DNA of 64,000 bases, taken from positions 1 through 64,000 of the IMG/VR virus record IMGVR_UViG_3300025086_000015; one strand, given 5' to 3'. How positions within the stretch are numbered: position 1 is the first letter of the stretch; each line of letters begins with the position of its first letter. This DNA is from a virus. Below, piece after piece: positions 1-7,933 of this stretch. The position numbers were made by a program, and so were the translations under genes. Below the pieces are notes generated by a model that made no database searches, was not told the origin of the DNA, and was given only the letters and a program-made list of their open reading frames with translations.

Positions 1-1
1 G

Positions 2-1915
2 GTTATAAGTTAATTGACATATATCATCCCACTCATTATCACAACAATACTCATCTACTTCAATAACCCATGCGTAGCAATCGTCATTTAAAAAATAAGG
101 ATTGCCTGGTTCTCCTACACAATTAGCAGCATATAAACACCCTAATGAATCATGTCCAAAATTCATATTTGCTAATGGGTTATAATTCCACGCATTTTGA
201 TCCATACACCCTTGCACCACAGTAATACACGAACCATTGTCAGTATTAGCCAACGGATCATAGTTAAGAGCAGTACTATCGGTACACCCATAAATATAAT
301 CAATACAACTAAAATCTTCACTATTAGCTTGTGGCGCGTAGTTGAGCGCAGAAGGGTCAGTACAGCCATAAATATAAGGGATACAAGTATTATTATCAGC
401 ATTTGCTAAAGGGTTATAGTTAAACATTATTGAGTCTGTGCACCCATATATAAAAGGTATACAGCTTCCATCATTTGTATTTGCAGCAGAATCATAGTTA
501 AACTGTGTTGGATTTATACATCCATATATTACTGGAACACAAGAACTGTCATCAACATTTGCACTAGGATTCCAATTAAAAGCTGTAGTATCCGTACATC
601 CTAAAACTATTCCTATACAACTACCATCGTCAGTATTAGCTAATGAGTCGTAATTAATAGCTAATTGGCTCATACATCCATATACAATAGCTATACAAGT
701 ATCTTCTGTATTAGCGTTAGGATTATAATTAAAAGCTAAAGGCTGCATACACCCAAATATTTTTGGTAGGCATCCCCCATTATCTATATTAGCTAATGTG
801 TCATAGTTGAAGGCTGTAGTATCAGTACAACCCCACATGGCTACTGTTGAGCAAGTCCCATCGTCATAGTCTGCCGTATAACCTTGTGTATAATATTCCA
901 AATACTGAGGACTTGTACATCCCGGATCGTAGTAACAACTAACATCATCTGTATTTGCTAAACTGTCATAATTTATTGCTATAGGATTTGTACACCCATA
1001 AATTTTTTCTATACAATCATCACCACAATACGGCATTCCCATAACTGTTACAAAAGGAGCTAAAGGACTTGCAAACCCTCCTGGAGCATTGATAGCTATA
1101 TGCTCTTCAGAGTATACGCTATAACCACATTGAACAGAAGTAAATTGTGATTGTTGTGTAATATTAAATTTAACTTCAATTGGTTCTGAGATACTTAGTT
1201 CAAATGTAAACGTAGTATCAAAACCATTATCAAGAGTAAATATACCTAAAAAGTTATTACCTTGAAATACTTGTAAAAAAGAACCAGCCCAACCGTTTCC
1301 AGCTAAATCAGTTAATTCTAGTGTGTGTGTGCAACTATCTGTTAGTATGTCAGTATTAGCTGCAGGGTTAAAATTAAAAGCATTAGTGTCTGTACATCCA
1401 AATACTTTAGGTGTAAAACACATACCTGTATCTACTGTAGCTATAGGTAGGAATTCTACATATAAGCTATCCATACACCCAAATATAGGTGGGGGTGGTG
1501 CACAATCATTTAATGTAAATCCATGATAAGAACTAAAACCAAAGTTAGCAGAGTCTGGTTCAACTAGCGTATCTCCACAATGCATTACATAAAAAGAACC
1601 ATCTTGTCCTCCCCATAAAGCACCATTCATACCGTCTCCATATTCATCATACATTTCAAAAGTATAACTACCGTTTGGTATACAAAGTTGTGTTAACTGC
1701 GGACTGTAATCTATTATATTAATATAAGGACCTCCAGAAACAACTGTGTCTCCATAATCATCAATTATAGCCCAAGAACTTTCTTCTGGGTATTGATCAG
1801 GATTTATAAGTATATTTACATAGGTTCCATTAGGACATTGCCCAAAAGCAGATGATAGCCCAAAAACCATAATCATTAATAGTACATATAATATATTTGA
1901 AATATCTTTTTTCAT
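2..1915 (-). CDS. Exported Cys-rich GCTD-repeat protein, partial (runs off window start; absent from ORF track)
   Basis: Hand translation from ATG 1915 (MKKDISNILYVLLMIMVFGLSSAFG-QCPNG...) stays open to the window edge; signal peptide followed by Gln; 13 GC(T/M/I)xxxAxNYxxxANxDxGSC-type repeats; ends in ...CYAWVIEVDEYCCDNEWDDICQLTYN; ATG lies 1 nt after the upstream stop. Confidence 0.9.
   Translation of the reverse strand, partial: MKKDISNILYVLLMIMVFGLSSAFGQCPNGTYVNILINPDQYPEESSWAIIDDYGDTVVSGGPYINIIDYSPQLTQLCIPNGSYTFEMYDEYGDGMNGALWGGQDGSFYVMHCGDTLVEPDSANFGFSSYHGFTLNDCAPPPPIFGCMDSLYVEFLPIATVDTGMCFTPKVFGCTDTNAFNFNPAANTDILTDSCTHTLELTDLAGNGWAGSFLQVFQGNNFLGIFTLDNGFDTTFTFELSISEPIEVKFNITQQSQFTSVQCGYSVYSEEHIAINAPGGFASPLAPFVTVMGMPYCGDDCIEKIYGCTNPIAINYDSLANTDDVSCYYDPGCTSPQYLEYYTQGYTADYDDGTCSTVAMWGCTDTTAFNYDTLANIDNGGCLPKIFGCMQPLAFNYNPNANTEDTCIAIVYGCMSQLAINYDSLANTDDGSCIGIVLGCTDTTAFNWNPSANVDDSSCVPVIYGCINPTQFNYDSAANTNDGSCIPFIYGCTDSIMFNYNPLANADNNTCIPYIYGCTDPSALNYAPQANSEDFSCIDYIYGCTDSTALNYDPLANTDNGSCITVVQGCMDQNAWNYNPLANMNFGHDSLGCLYAANCVGEPGNPYFLNDDCYAWVIEVDEYCCDNEWDDICQLTYN
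140..997 (-). repeat. 11 tandem ~26-aa GCTD-type coding repeats
   Basis: Consecutive units starting GCTN, GCTS, GCTD, GCMQ, GCMS, GCTD, GCIN, GCTD, GCTD, GCTD, GCMD. Confidence 0.9.
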
Positions 1916-1916
1916 T

Positions 1917-2267
1917 TTAAAAATCACTCATTATTAATTCATCAATTGTTCCTTGCATTTCTTTTCTTGTTGCTTTCATAGCAAATGATATATCTGCTTG
2001 AAATCTTTTCATTTCCTCACCGTCTTTAAATATAATAACAGTAGGTACAACTACTATTTCATGCTTAGTTTGCAGATTAGGTGATTTAGCTATATCAACA
2101 TATACTATCTCACAATCTGTTAACTTGCCTATGTAACTCACTTTATTCGGATCATTCCATTCTGCATTAAAGTGTGTAACTACTATTTGCCCAAAAGCAT
2201 TTGAAGAAATTAATAAAAGTATTAACACTAATAAACCTCCAAATATTTTTGTGGTTATATTTTTCAT
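1917..2267 (-). CDS. Exported thioredoxin-fold protein lacking CxxC
   Basis: Signal peptide ...SSNAFG-Q; FNAEWNDPN at the WCxxC position; YVDI strand and VPTVIIFKDGEE cis-Pro motif typical of thioredoxins. Confidence 0.75.
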   Translation of the reverse strand: MKNITTKIFGGLLVLILLLISSNAFGQIVVTHFNAEWNDPNKVSYIGKLTDCEIVYVDIAKSPNLQTKHEIVVVPTVIIFKDGEEMKRFQADISFAMKATRKEMQGTIDELIMSDF

Positions 2268-2545
2268 CTTCCTCTATCTAACTTGTCTTCAATTCTGATT
2301 AATCTATCTTTTAGATCATCAACAGCTTTTTCTGTATTTTCAATTGTAAGTCTTATATTTTTATCTTTCATGTCAAACTCCATGCGTGTAACTTGTGGAT
2401 CTAAAGGAGCTGGAAGTTCTTTGGCTTCTGCAATATCTGCTTGCAGCATAAACCACATACTTACTAATGTAAATATTAATGCTGCTATTCCTCCTAATGT
2501 TTTTATGCTTAATTTAAAAGTTGTGTCTTCGTTTAATTCTTTCAT
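2264..2545 (-). CDS. Small single-pass membrane protein with C-terminal coiled coil
   Basis: Hydrophobic TLGGIAALIFTLVSMWFML, then heptad KAVDDLKDRLIRIEDKLD; ATGA overlap with next gene. Confidence 0.7.
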   Translation of the reverse strand: MKELNEDTTFKLSIKTLGGIAALIFTLVSMWFMLQADIAEAKELPAPLDPQVTRMEFDMKDKNIRLTIENTEKAVDDLKDRLIRIEDKLDRGR

Positions 2546-2546
2546 T

Positions 2547-3023
2547 TTATTTTAGTATTATGGCTGCAGATCTAGTGGCTTTAGCTCCATTAGCAGCAGT
2601 TGTTACAGCTGTTATTGTTAAAGTAGCTCCTTTATTATCAAGTGCAAAACTTAAAGTTTGATTTGACGCTATTAAAAGTGGAAAACCAGTTTTACCACTA
2701 TTAGATGCTATAGCAAGTGCTTGTGCATCACTTACTCCTGTTTTTGCAGTATTAGCATTAATAGCAGCAATGTGAGCATCAGTTAACATGTTATCATCAC
2801 TAGAGTTGGCAGTAGATTTAATTAAAATATGAAGCATTGCTCTTAATTTTTCTGCTGTAATTCCTCCACTTTTAGATTCAAATAATTCTTCGATTTGATC
2901 TAACAGTTCAGCTCTATCTCTTTTCTCTGCAGCCTGTACAGAAACTTTACTAAAAGACCCTGTTTTGACTAGCCCTTTATAGTTTTCTTTTGTGCTGTTA
3001 TTATTATAATTTCCTTTAGCCAT
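2547..3023 (-). CDS. Hypothetical protein, possibly fibre-like virion protein
   Basis: 158 aa ORF in operon; duplicated AIxANT/SxKTG segments. Confidence 0.6.
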   Translation of the reverse strand: MAKGNYNNNSTKENYKGLVKTGSFSKVSVQAAEKRDRAELLDQIEELFESKSGGITAEKLRAMLHILIKSTANSSDDNMLTDAHIAAINANTAKTGVSDAQALAIASNSGKTGFPLLIASNQTLSFALDNKGATLTITAVTTAANGAKATRSAAIILK

Positions 3024-3035
3024 TTTTATATTATT

Positions 3036-3116
3036 TTAACATCCAAAATCACCTCCGAAGCTGTCATCAAAAGTGCATATAGATGTTGTGTCGTTTGTTA
3101 TACTTATCCCTATCAT
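3036..3116 (-). CDS. 26-aa micro-ORF (MIGISITNDTTSICTFDDSFGGDFGC)
   Basis: ATG overlaps TGA of the upstream gene (ATGA); fills the gap before the next gene. Confidence 0.55.
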   Translation of the reverse strand: MIGISITNDTTSICTFDDSFGGDFGC

Positions 3117-3403
3117 AGCTTATATGCTATTACTGATCCTGATTCTAAAGATAATGTTTCAAAAGAACCGTAAATAGTCACACCTTTAGGGAGTGTAAAA
3201 TCTGCATCATATGTTTCCATACTACTACCAAAAACACAATCAGTAACATCCACAACTGCATCTGTTATAGCTAAAACTGCTTGAAACGTTCCGATGTGTT
3301 GAGAATCATCATCAATAAATTTAGAGCTTCTAGGACTAGTTAAAGATCTTGTATTATTACCTATGTTAGCAAGAGCTAACTCCATGTCTGTTCTTGCTGC
3401 CAT
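3113..3403 (-). CDS. Small beta-rich hypothetical virion-module protein
   Basis: LPKGVTIYGSF...SGSVIAY resembles the C-terminus of ORF 5604-5978. Confidence 0.65.
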   Translation of the reverse strand: MAARTDMELALANIGNNTRSLTSPRSSKFIDDDSQHIGTFQAVLAITDAVVDVTDCVFGSSMETYDADFTLPKGVTIYGSFETLSLESGSVIAYKL

Positions 3404-3507
3404 TATGCTTTACAACATTTACCTGTTCCACACTCACATACACACCATCCAAAACATATTAAACCAAACGTTATAGCTTCAAACCATTTACAAATTTTAT
3501 TTTTCAT
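3403..3507 (-). CDS. 34-aa Cys-rich peptide (MKNKICKWFEAITFGLICFGWCVCECGTGKCCKA)
   Basis: TAATG coupling with the downstream gene; A-rich leader; 7 Cys. Confidence 0.65.
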   Translation of the reverse strand: MKNKICKWFEAITFGLICFGWCVCECGTGKCCKA

Positions 3508-3518
3508 TTTTTTTATTT

Positions 3519-4583
3519 TTAAAATATTATATAATTAATTCCTAATTTAAAATCGTACCATTCTCTATTCCAGTACTTATTATATTTTCCTTCTACAAAG
3601 GTTCCTAAATGTTTATTGTATTTATATCCAAATATTAACCCTCCTGAATAATCCATCCATTGATCATTGTCAATATACTTATGATAAGAAAACTCATTAC
3701 CGTCATCATAGTGATAAGGCAGTATATTTCCCCAAGCGTGTAGCCAAAAATCTTTTTTATAATGATAAAAATCAAAGCCTAGTACTAAAGAATGGTTCCA
3801 TTGAGAAGGTAACTCATCTCTTTTTTTCTCTGTATAATCTCTTAAAATTCCTGGAACAACTACTGCTTTCCAAACTTCAGAATTAGTAGCTACTACCTTA
3901 CCGCTTGGATCTTTATATTCACTATTATTAACATCAATTGTGTATCCTTCTTGTATTGCCAAATAAGTGTAGTGTATATCACCGTTAGGTAAAACCCACT
4001 CTTCTAACGGATCATATCCATAAGGCTCTGATAATCTTTGTGCTGCACCTATATTAAAAGACAGTTTACTAGTTACTTCATGTCTATATCTTTGAGACAC
4101 TTCAAAGTATTTAATATCAGCAAAACCATCCTCTAAATACTCTCCTTTAAAAGAAAAGTGTCTAGCGCAAATAATTCTACCACAATTATCATGTGCAGAA
4201 TATCGTATAAAATGGTGTTGATCTAAATAATCCATACCTTCTTGGCGCTTCATATCAAATTGAAATTTATACTCTAAACCTTTAATTTTACCTACAGTAG
4301 CCGCATCACTATAGTTAGATTCAGAACCATCATAAAAAGCTTTAGCTTTATTTTCGTATCCAAATCTAGCTATTTTTCTTATACCTAATGATACATTATA
4401 ATCGTAAGGAGTTTCAACTACAGAAGTTTGCAGCCCATTAGATATAGAATATACATCTACATCTGATATTGAATTTCCTCCATTTACTGCTGCGTAAAAA
4501 GTAGAAAATTTAAAATACTTTTTTATCTGAGCGTCAGCTACAGTAGAAAAACAAAGTAATATAGTTAATATTATATATCTCAT
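3519..4583 (-). CDS. Putative outer-membrane beta-barrel protein
   Basis: Start reassigned to MRYIIL (just after upstream stop); signal peptide ...STVADA-Q; aromatic-rich alternating strands; C-terminal FKLGINYIIF resembles the beta-signal. Confidence 0.75.
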   Translation of the reverse strand: MRYIILTILLCFSTVADAQIKKYFKFSTFYAAVNGGNSISDVDVYSISNGLQTSVVETPYDYNVSLGIRKIARFGYENKAKAFYDGSESNYSDAATVGKIKGLEYKFQFDMKRQEGMDYLDQHHFIRYSAHDNCGRIICARHFSFKGEYLEDGFADIKYFEVSQRYRHEVTSKLSFNIGAAQRLSEPYGYDPLEEWVLPNGDIHYTYLAIQEGYTIDVNNSEYKDPSGKVVATNSEVWKAVVVPGILRDYTEKKRDELPSQWNHSLVLGFDFYHYKKDFWLHAWGNILPYHYDDGNEFSYHKYIDNDQWMDYSGGLIFGYKYNKHLGTFVEGKYNKYWNREWYDFKLGINYIIF

Positions 4584-4584
4584 T

Positions 4585-5604
4585 TTAAAATGTGTCATAT
4601 TCATTAGTTACACTTGTTGCTGTTGGGCAGCTACTATTCAAAGTTACGCCATTACCATTATAGGTAGCGTCATGATCATTACCACTAAAATCCTCTATCC
4701 CTAATACAGCTGCGACAGTTTCTGATAATATACAACAAACTGTTCCTTCTGTTCCTGCATTAGTTAATCCAGCACATTCCTCATTCCACAAATCTGTTCC
4801 TTCTACTACCATAGCTCCTTCACATTTTGCTTCGTCAACAATCTGGTATGTAGTATTTGTAGTTGCTGGAACCATAGTAATGTTTGCATCACACTTTAAC
4901 CAAAGTTTGCAGTAAGCTGCTCCCGCATAATCCCCTGTATCTACAGTGGGGTCTACAGAATATTGTCCGTCATTATATATTTGAGTTATCTCTTCTTGAG
5001 ATAAACAGTAGTCTTTCCAAAACATAATATCAGACATACTACCATTAAGATCATAATTAGCATTATCTAATCTACACCCAATAGCAACTTTAGAGTTAGT
5101 ATTATCTATTCCAGAATAACTACCACCACCTCCACTGGTTGTAGACAGTTGTTCTCCGTCTTTATATATCCTCAGACCTGTTGAAGCTTCTGATCCGTCG
5201 TAAGTAGCTACTATATGATACCACGTGACAGCAGGATTATTAAGTGTTTGTGCTGGACCTATAACTCTGTAATAGTTATTATCCTGATTGTCTACTATAT
5301 CAAACATTAGTTGTCCGTAATGTAAAAATAGTTTATACTCTTTAGTTGAACTACCTGTTCCTTTCCCAAAAAGTAATCCGTTAGCACTACTGCTAGTACC
5401 AGTTGCATGCTGATTAACCCAGCAGGAAATAGAAAAAGGCAGGTCATTATTACTTCCATCTGTAGGACTAAAATCAGTATCATCATCTATAGTTAGACCA
5501 TCATCACTTCCGTGAAAGTCCACACTGTTAACACAAGCTACGTACTTCATGTGTCTAGATGCATCTGGTCTAGTATAATTTATATTTAGTCCTGTATTTA
5601 TCAT
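4585..5604 (-). CDS. LamG/concanavalin A-like domain protein (tail/receptor-binding candidate)
   Basis: FSISCWV, WYHIVATYDG, LRIYKDG, LSQEEITQIYN motifs; start reassigned to the TAATG-coupled ATG at 5604. Confidence 0.8.
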   Translation of the reverse strand: MINTGLNINYTRPDASRHMKYVACVNSVDFHGSDDGLTIDDDTDFSPTDGSNNDLPFSISCWVNQHATGTSSSANGLLFGKGTGSSTKEYKLFLHYGQLMFDIVDNQDNNYYRVIGPAQTLNNPAVTWYHIVATYDGSEASTGLRIYKDGEQLSTTSGGGGSYSGIDNTNSKVAIGCRLDNANYDLNGSMSDIMFWKDYCLSQEEITQIYNDGQYSVDPTVDTGDYAGAAYCKLWLKCDANITMVPATTNTTYQIVDEAKCEGAMVVEGTDLWNEECAGLTNAGTEGTVCCILSETVAAVLGIEDFSGNDHDATYNGNGVTLNSSCPTATSVTNEYDTF

Positions 5605-5978
5605 TAATATCCAAAATAACAGATTACACCATGCCCACTTGTAATAGTTGTGTGAGGTTGAACTGCTGTCCACCTTCCAAATATCATTGAGCCTGATGCA
5701 AATTTATTAGTAGTATCTATAGTTAAACCTCCAGATCCTGCTCCTGTACTACCTATAGCTATACATTCACTTCCTGCAGCGCCTTCTGCTGTGAGTGCAG
5801 CAAGTCTACAAGTGCCCATAAACTGTATGGCTACAATAACTTTACCTGCAGGAGGAGTTATTGTATTTGAATTAGAATCAGTAAAAGCTGACCCATATTG
5901 GCCTAATTGGTGTTGTCTGGTAGACTGTATTTCGGATCTAACCGCTTCTAAAAGCCCTTCACTTGTTGTTCTTATCAT
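5604..5978 (-). CDS. Small virion-module protein, probable paralog of 3113-3403
   Basis: FASGSMIFGRW...GVICY C-terminal pattern. Confidence 0.65.
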   Translation of the reverse strand: MIRTTSEGLLEAVRSEIQSTRQHQLGQYGSAFTDSNSNTITPPAGKVIVAIQFMGTCRLAALTAEGAAGSECIAIGSTGAGSGGLTIDTTNKFASGSMIFGRWTAVQPHTTITSGHGVICYFGY

Positions 5979-5979
5979 A

Positions 5980-6393
5980 TTATTCTATAAGTTTTGATAA
6001 AGAAGAAATTTGTTGTGCTGTAATATTTTCTGGAAGCATTTCGTAAGTAATAGGTTCAACTGTTATTTCTATTTCATCTTCCAAAAGAACTGCTACTGCA
6101 TCTAACTGTGCTCTTCTTTCATCTATTAATTCTTTATTCTCTTTTTCTAATTTTTCAATTTCGTAAATTTTTGACTCGTCGTTAGGATCAGTAGTATAAG
6201 CGTTTACAGATAATGCTAAATCCATAAATTCTTTTGATGGCTTTCCTGCTTCTTCTACATCTTTTAACTCTTTAGTTATTGTTTCAAGATTTTTAGCAGC
6301 TGTTATAGCAAACTCTTTACCTTCTAAATCTTTTAACGTGAACAAACTGTTTACGATTTGAACAAATTCTCCTTTTGTTGTTTTAATTTTCAT
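5980..6393 (-). CDS. Acidic helical protein, possible fibre assembly chaperone
   Basis: 137 aa, follows a fibre-like gene; function inferred from position only. Confidence 0.55.
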   Translation of the reverse strand: MKIKTTKGEFVQIVNSLFTLKDLEGKEFAITAAKNLETITKELKDVEEAGKPSKEFMDLALSVNAYTTDPNDESKIYEIEKLEKENKELIDERRAQLDAVAVLLEDEIEITVEPITYEMLPENITAQQISSLSKLIE

Positions 6394-6416
6394 TTCTATA
6401 TATATTAGTTAAGTTG

Positions 6417-6424
6417 CAAATATA
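6417..6424 (-). promoter_or_regulatory. Bacteroidota sigma-A -7 element TATATTTG
   Basis: Matches TAnnTTTG in the intergenic gap upstream of 6393. Confidence 0.6.
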
Positions 6425-6440
6425 ATAAAATTTTTATATT

Positions 6441-7907
6441 TTAAGCAATTCTAAATATTGTTACCGCACTAGAGCCAGTTCTAGCTATTCTAAACTGTGC
6501 AGATCCACTCGCAATTGATGCGTCCGCTGTGTCAGGAGAAGAAATATGCATATTACCTACAAGAGTTACTCCTGTGTTTGTGGTTAAAGTTATATCTCTA
6601 TTTTCACTATCATCTCCAAGATTAATAAATACAAAATCAAATGCATCTCCATTAGCCTCTAACTTCAATCCGGATACTAGATTAGCTGCTGTATCTATTT
6701 GTTTACTATGATCAGATCCTGGATTTACAGTTATAATACCTGCTATAATACTACTGTGTGCTATTAAACTAGCGTCAGCACCTACATCAGTTGCAGATCC
6801 TTGATACTTTATTACTTGCGGATAAGCTGCTGCTCTCATATACACACCTTTAGTGCCAGATATTAAATTACAAGCTGTTGTAACATTTTGATTTGCATCA
6901 ATAGTTACTGCTGTTGTATTAGCAGTTTTAATTAATACAGATCCTGCTGTACCTGACCCTGAAGTACCTCCTGCTATAACAGCATTACCTCCTGCGTCAG
7001 AACCAGAAGAGTTACCTCCTGATACAGTTATAATACCTCCTGCTGCTGCAGCTCCACCTCCTGAAATTGTTGTTGCAACTCCATTTGTTCCACCTGTAGC
7101 AGCTACTGGAGCAATTGTTGGAGCAGTTGCTGAATCAAAAGCAATACCACCTTTTACGTTTAAAGTATCTGAATAAAAAGCTGTAGGTGTTGATTGTCCT
7201 ATATAAACCTTACCTGCAGCATCTACTGCAATACCTTCATCACTACCATCTCCACTAATCCAACTTTCTCCTGTAGCATAATCTAAATTTATATTATAAG
7301 TCGATGCTACAAGATTTGCTGCAAGAGTTGATAAATTAGCTGCAAGTGTAATTGCACCTGCTCCATTAGTAATAGTCATATTACTACCAGCTGTAAGTGT
7401 TGCTACTGACGGGTAACCATTAGTTGCATTACCTATAAGTAATTGTCCGTTTGTAGACATTGCTGTGCTAGACGCTAGAGTATCTTGAGCGCTAGCATAT
7501 AGTATAGATCCTTGAGCTATTGAAGATAATCCTGTTCCTCCATTTACCACATTATTTACTCCTGTTACAGATTGTGAAAAATCTAAAGAAGTTAAAAAAG
7601 CTGCTGTAGAATTATCACAGTTTGCTAGATTAATAGCAGATTCAACTAAAGTTAATACTAGGTTGTTCGATGCAGTTGTTACTGTCATCTTTGTATCTGC
7701 AGATATTAAACCTTTAAAATTTAATTGATTTGAGTTTGTTACACTAATAAATAAATCTTGACCTCCTACACCTGTAGTAGATAACGACGGAAACATACTC
7801 TGTATTAAAAACTTGTATTCTAATTGAGTTGTAGCATCTTCAATTTTTACATATTGATTTGCGGTTGTAGCTGTTTTTGCTAATGTGGTTAATCTTGATA
7901 TTGCCAT
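6441..7907 (-). CDS. Tail fibre/spike-like protein
   Basis: G/A/S/T-rich; NGGTG, GQLLIG and ITNGAGAIT motifs common in phage fibres. Confidence 0.7.
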   Translation of the reverse strand: MAISRLTTLAKTATTANQYVKIEDATTQLEYKFLIQSMFPSLSTTGVGGQDLFISVTNSNQLNFKGLISADTKMTVTTASNNLVLTLVESAINLANCDNSTAAFLTSLDFSQSVTGVNNVVNGGTGLSSIAQGSILYASAQDTLASSTAMSTNGQLLIGNATNGYPSVATLTAGSNMTITNGAGAITLAANLSTLAANLVASTYNINLDYATGESWISGDGSDEGIAVDAAGKVYIGQSTPTAFYSDTLNVKGGIAFDSATAPTIAPVAATGGTNGVATTISGGGAAAAGGIITVSGGNSSGSDAGGNAVIAGGTSGSGTAGSVLIKTANTTAVTIDANQNVTTACNLISGTKGVYMRAAAYPQVIKYQGSATDVGADASLIAHSSIIAGIITVNPGSDHSKQIDTAANLVSGLKLEANGDAFDFVFINLGDDSENRDITLTTNTGVTLVGNMHISSPDTADASIASGSAQFRIARTGSSAVTIFRIA

Positions 7908-7933
7908 TTTCTATATTTTTATTTTATTATATT

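Noticed and set aside
140-997. Periodic repeats as a CRISPR array or DGR
   Set aside because: Conserved at protein level only, in frame; no identical DNA repeats and no reverse transcriptase or cas gene
172-1526. Short ORFs 172-402, 197-409 and 1323-1526
   Set aside because: Shadows of the long minus-strand repeat gene 2-1915
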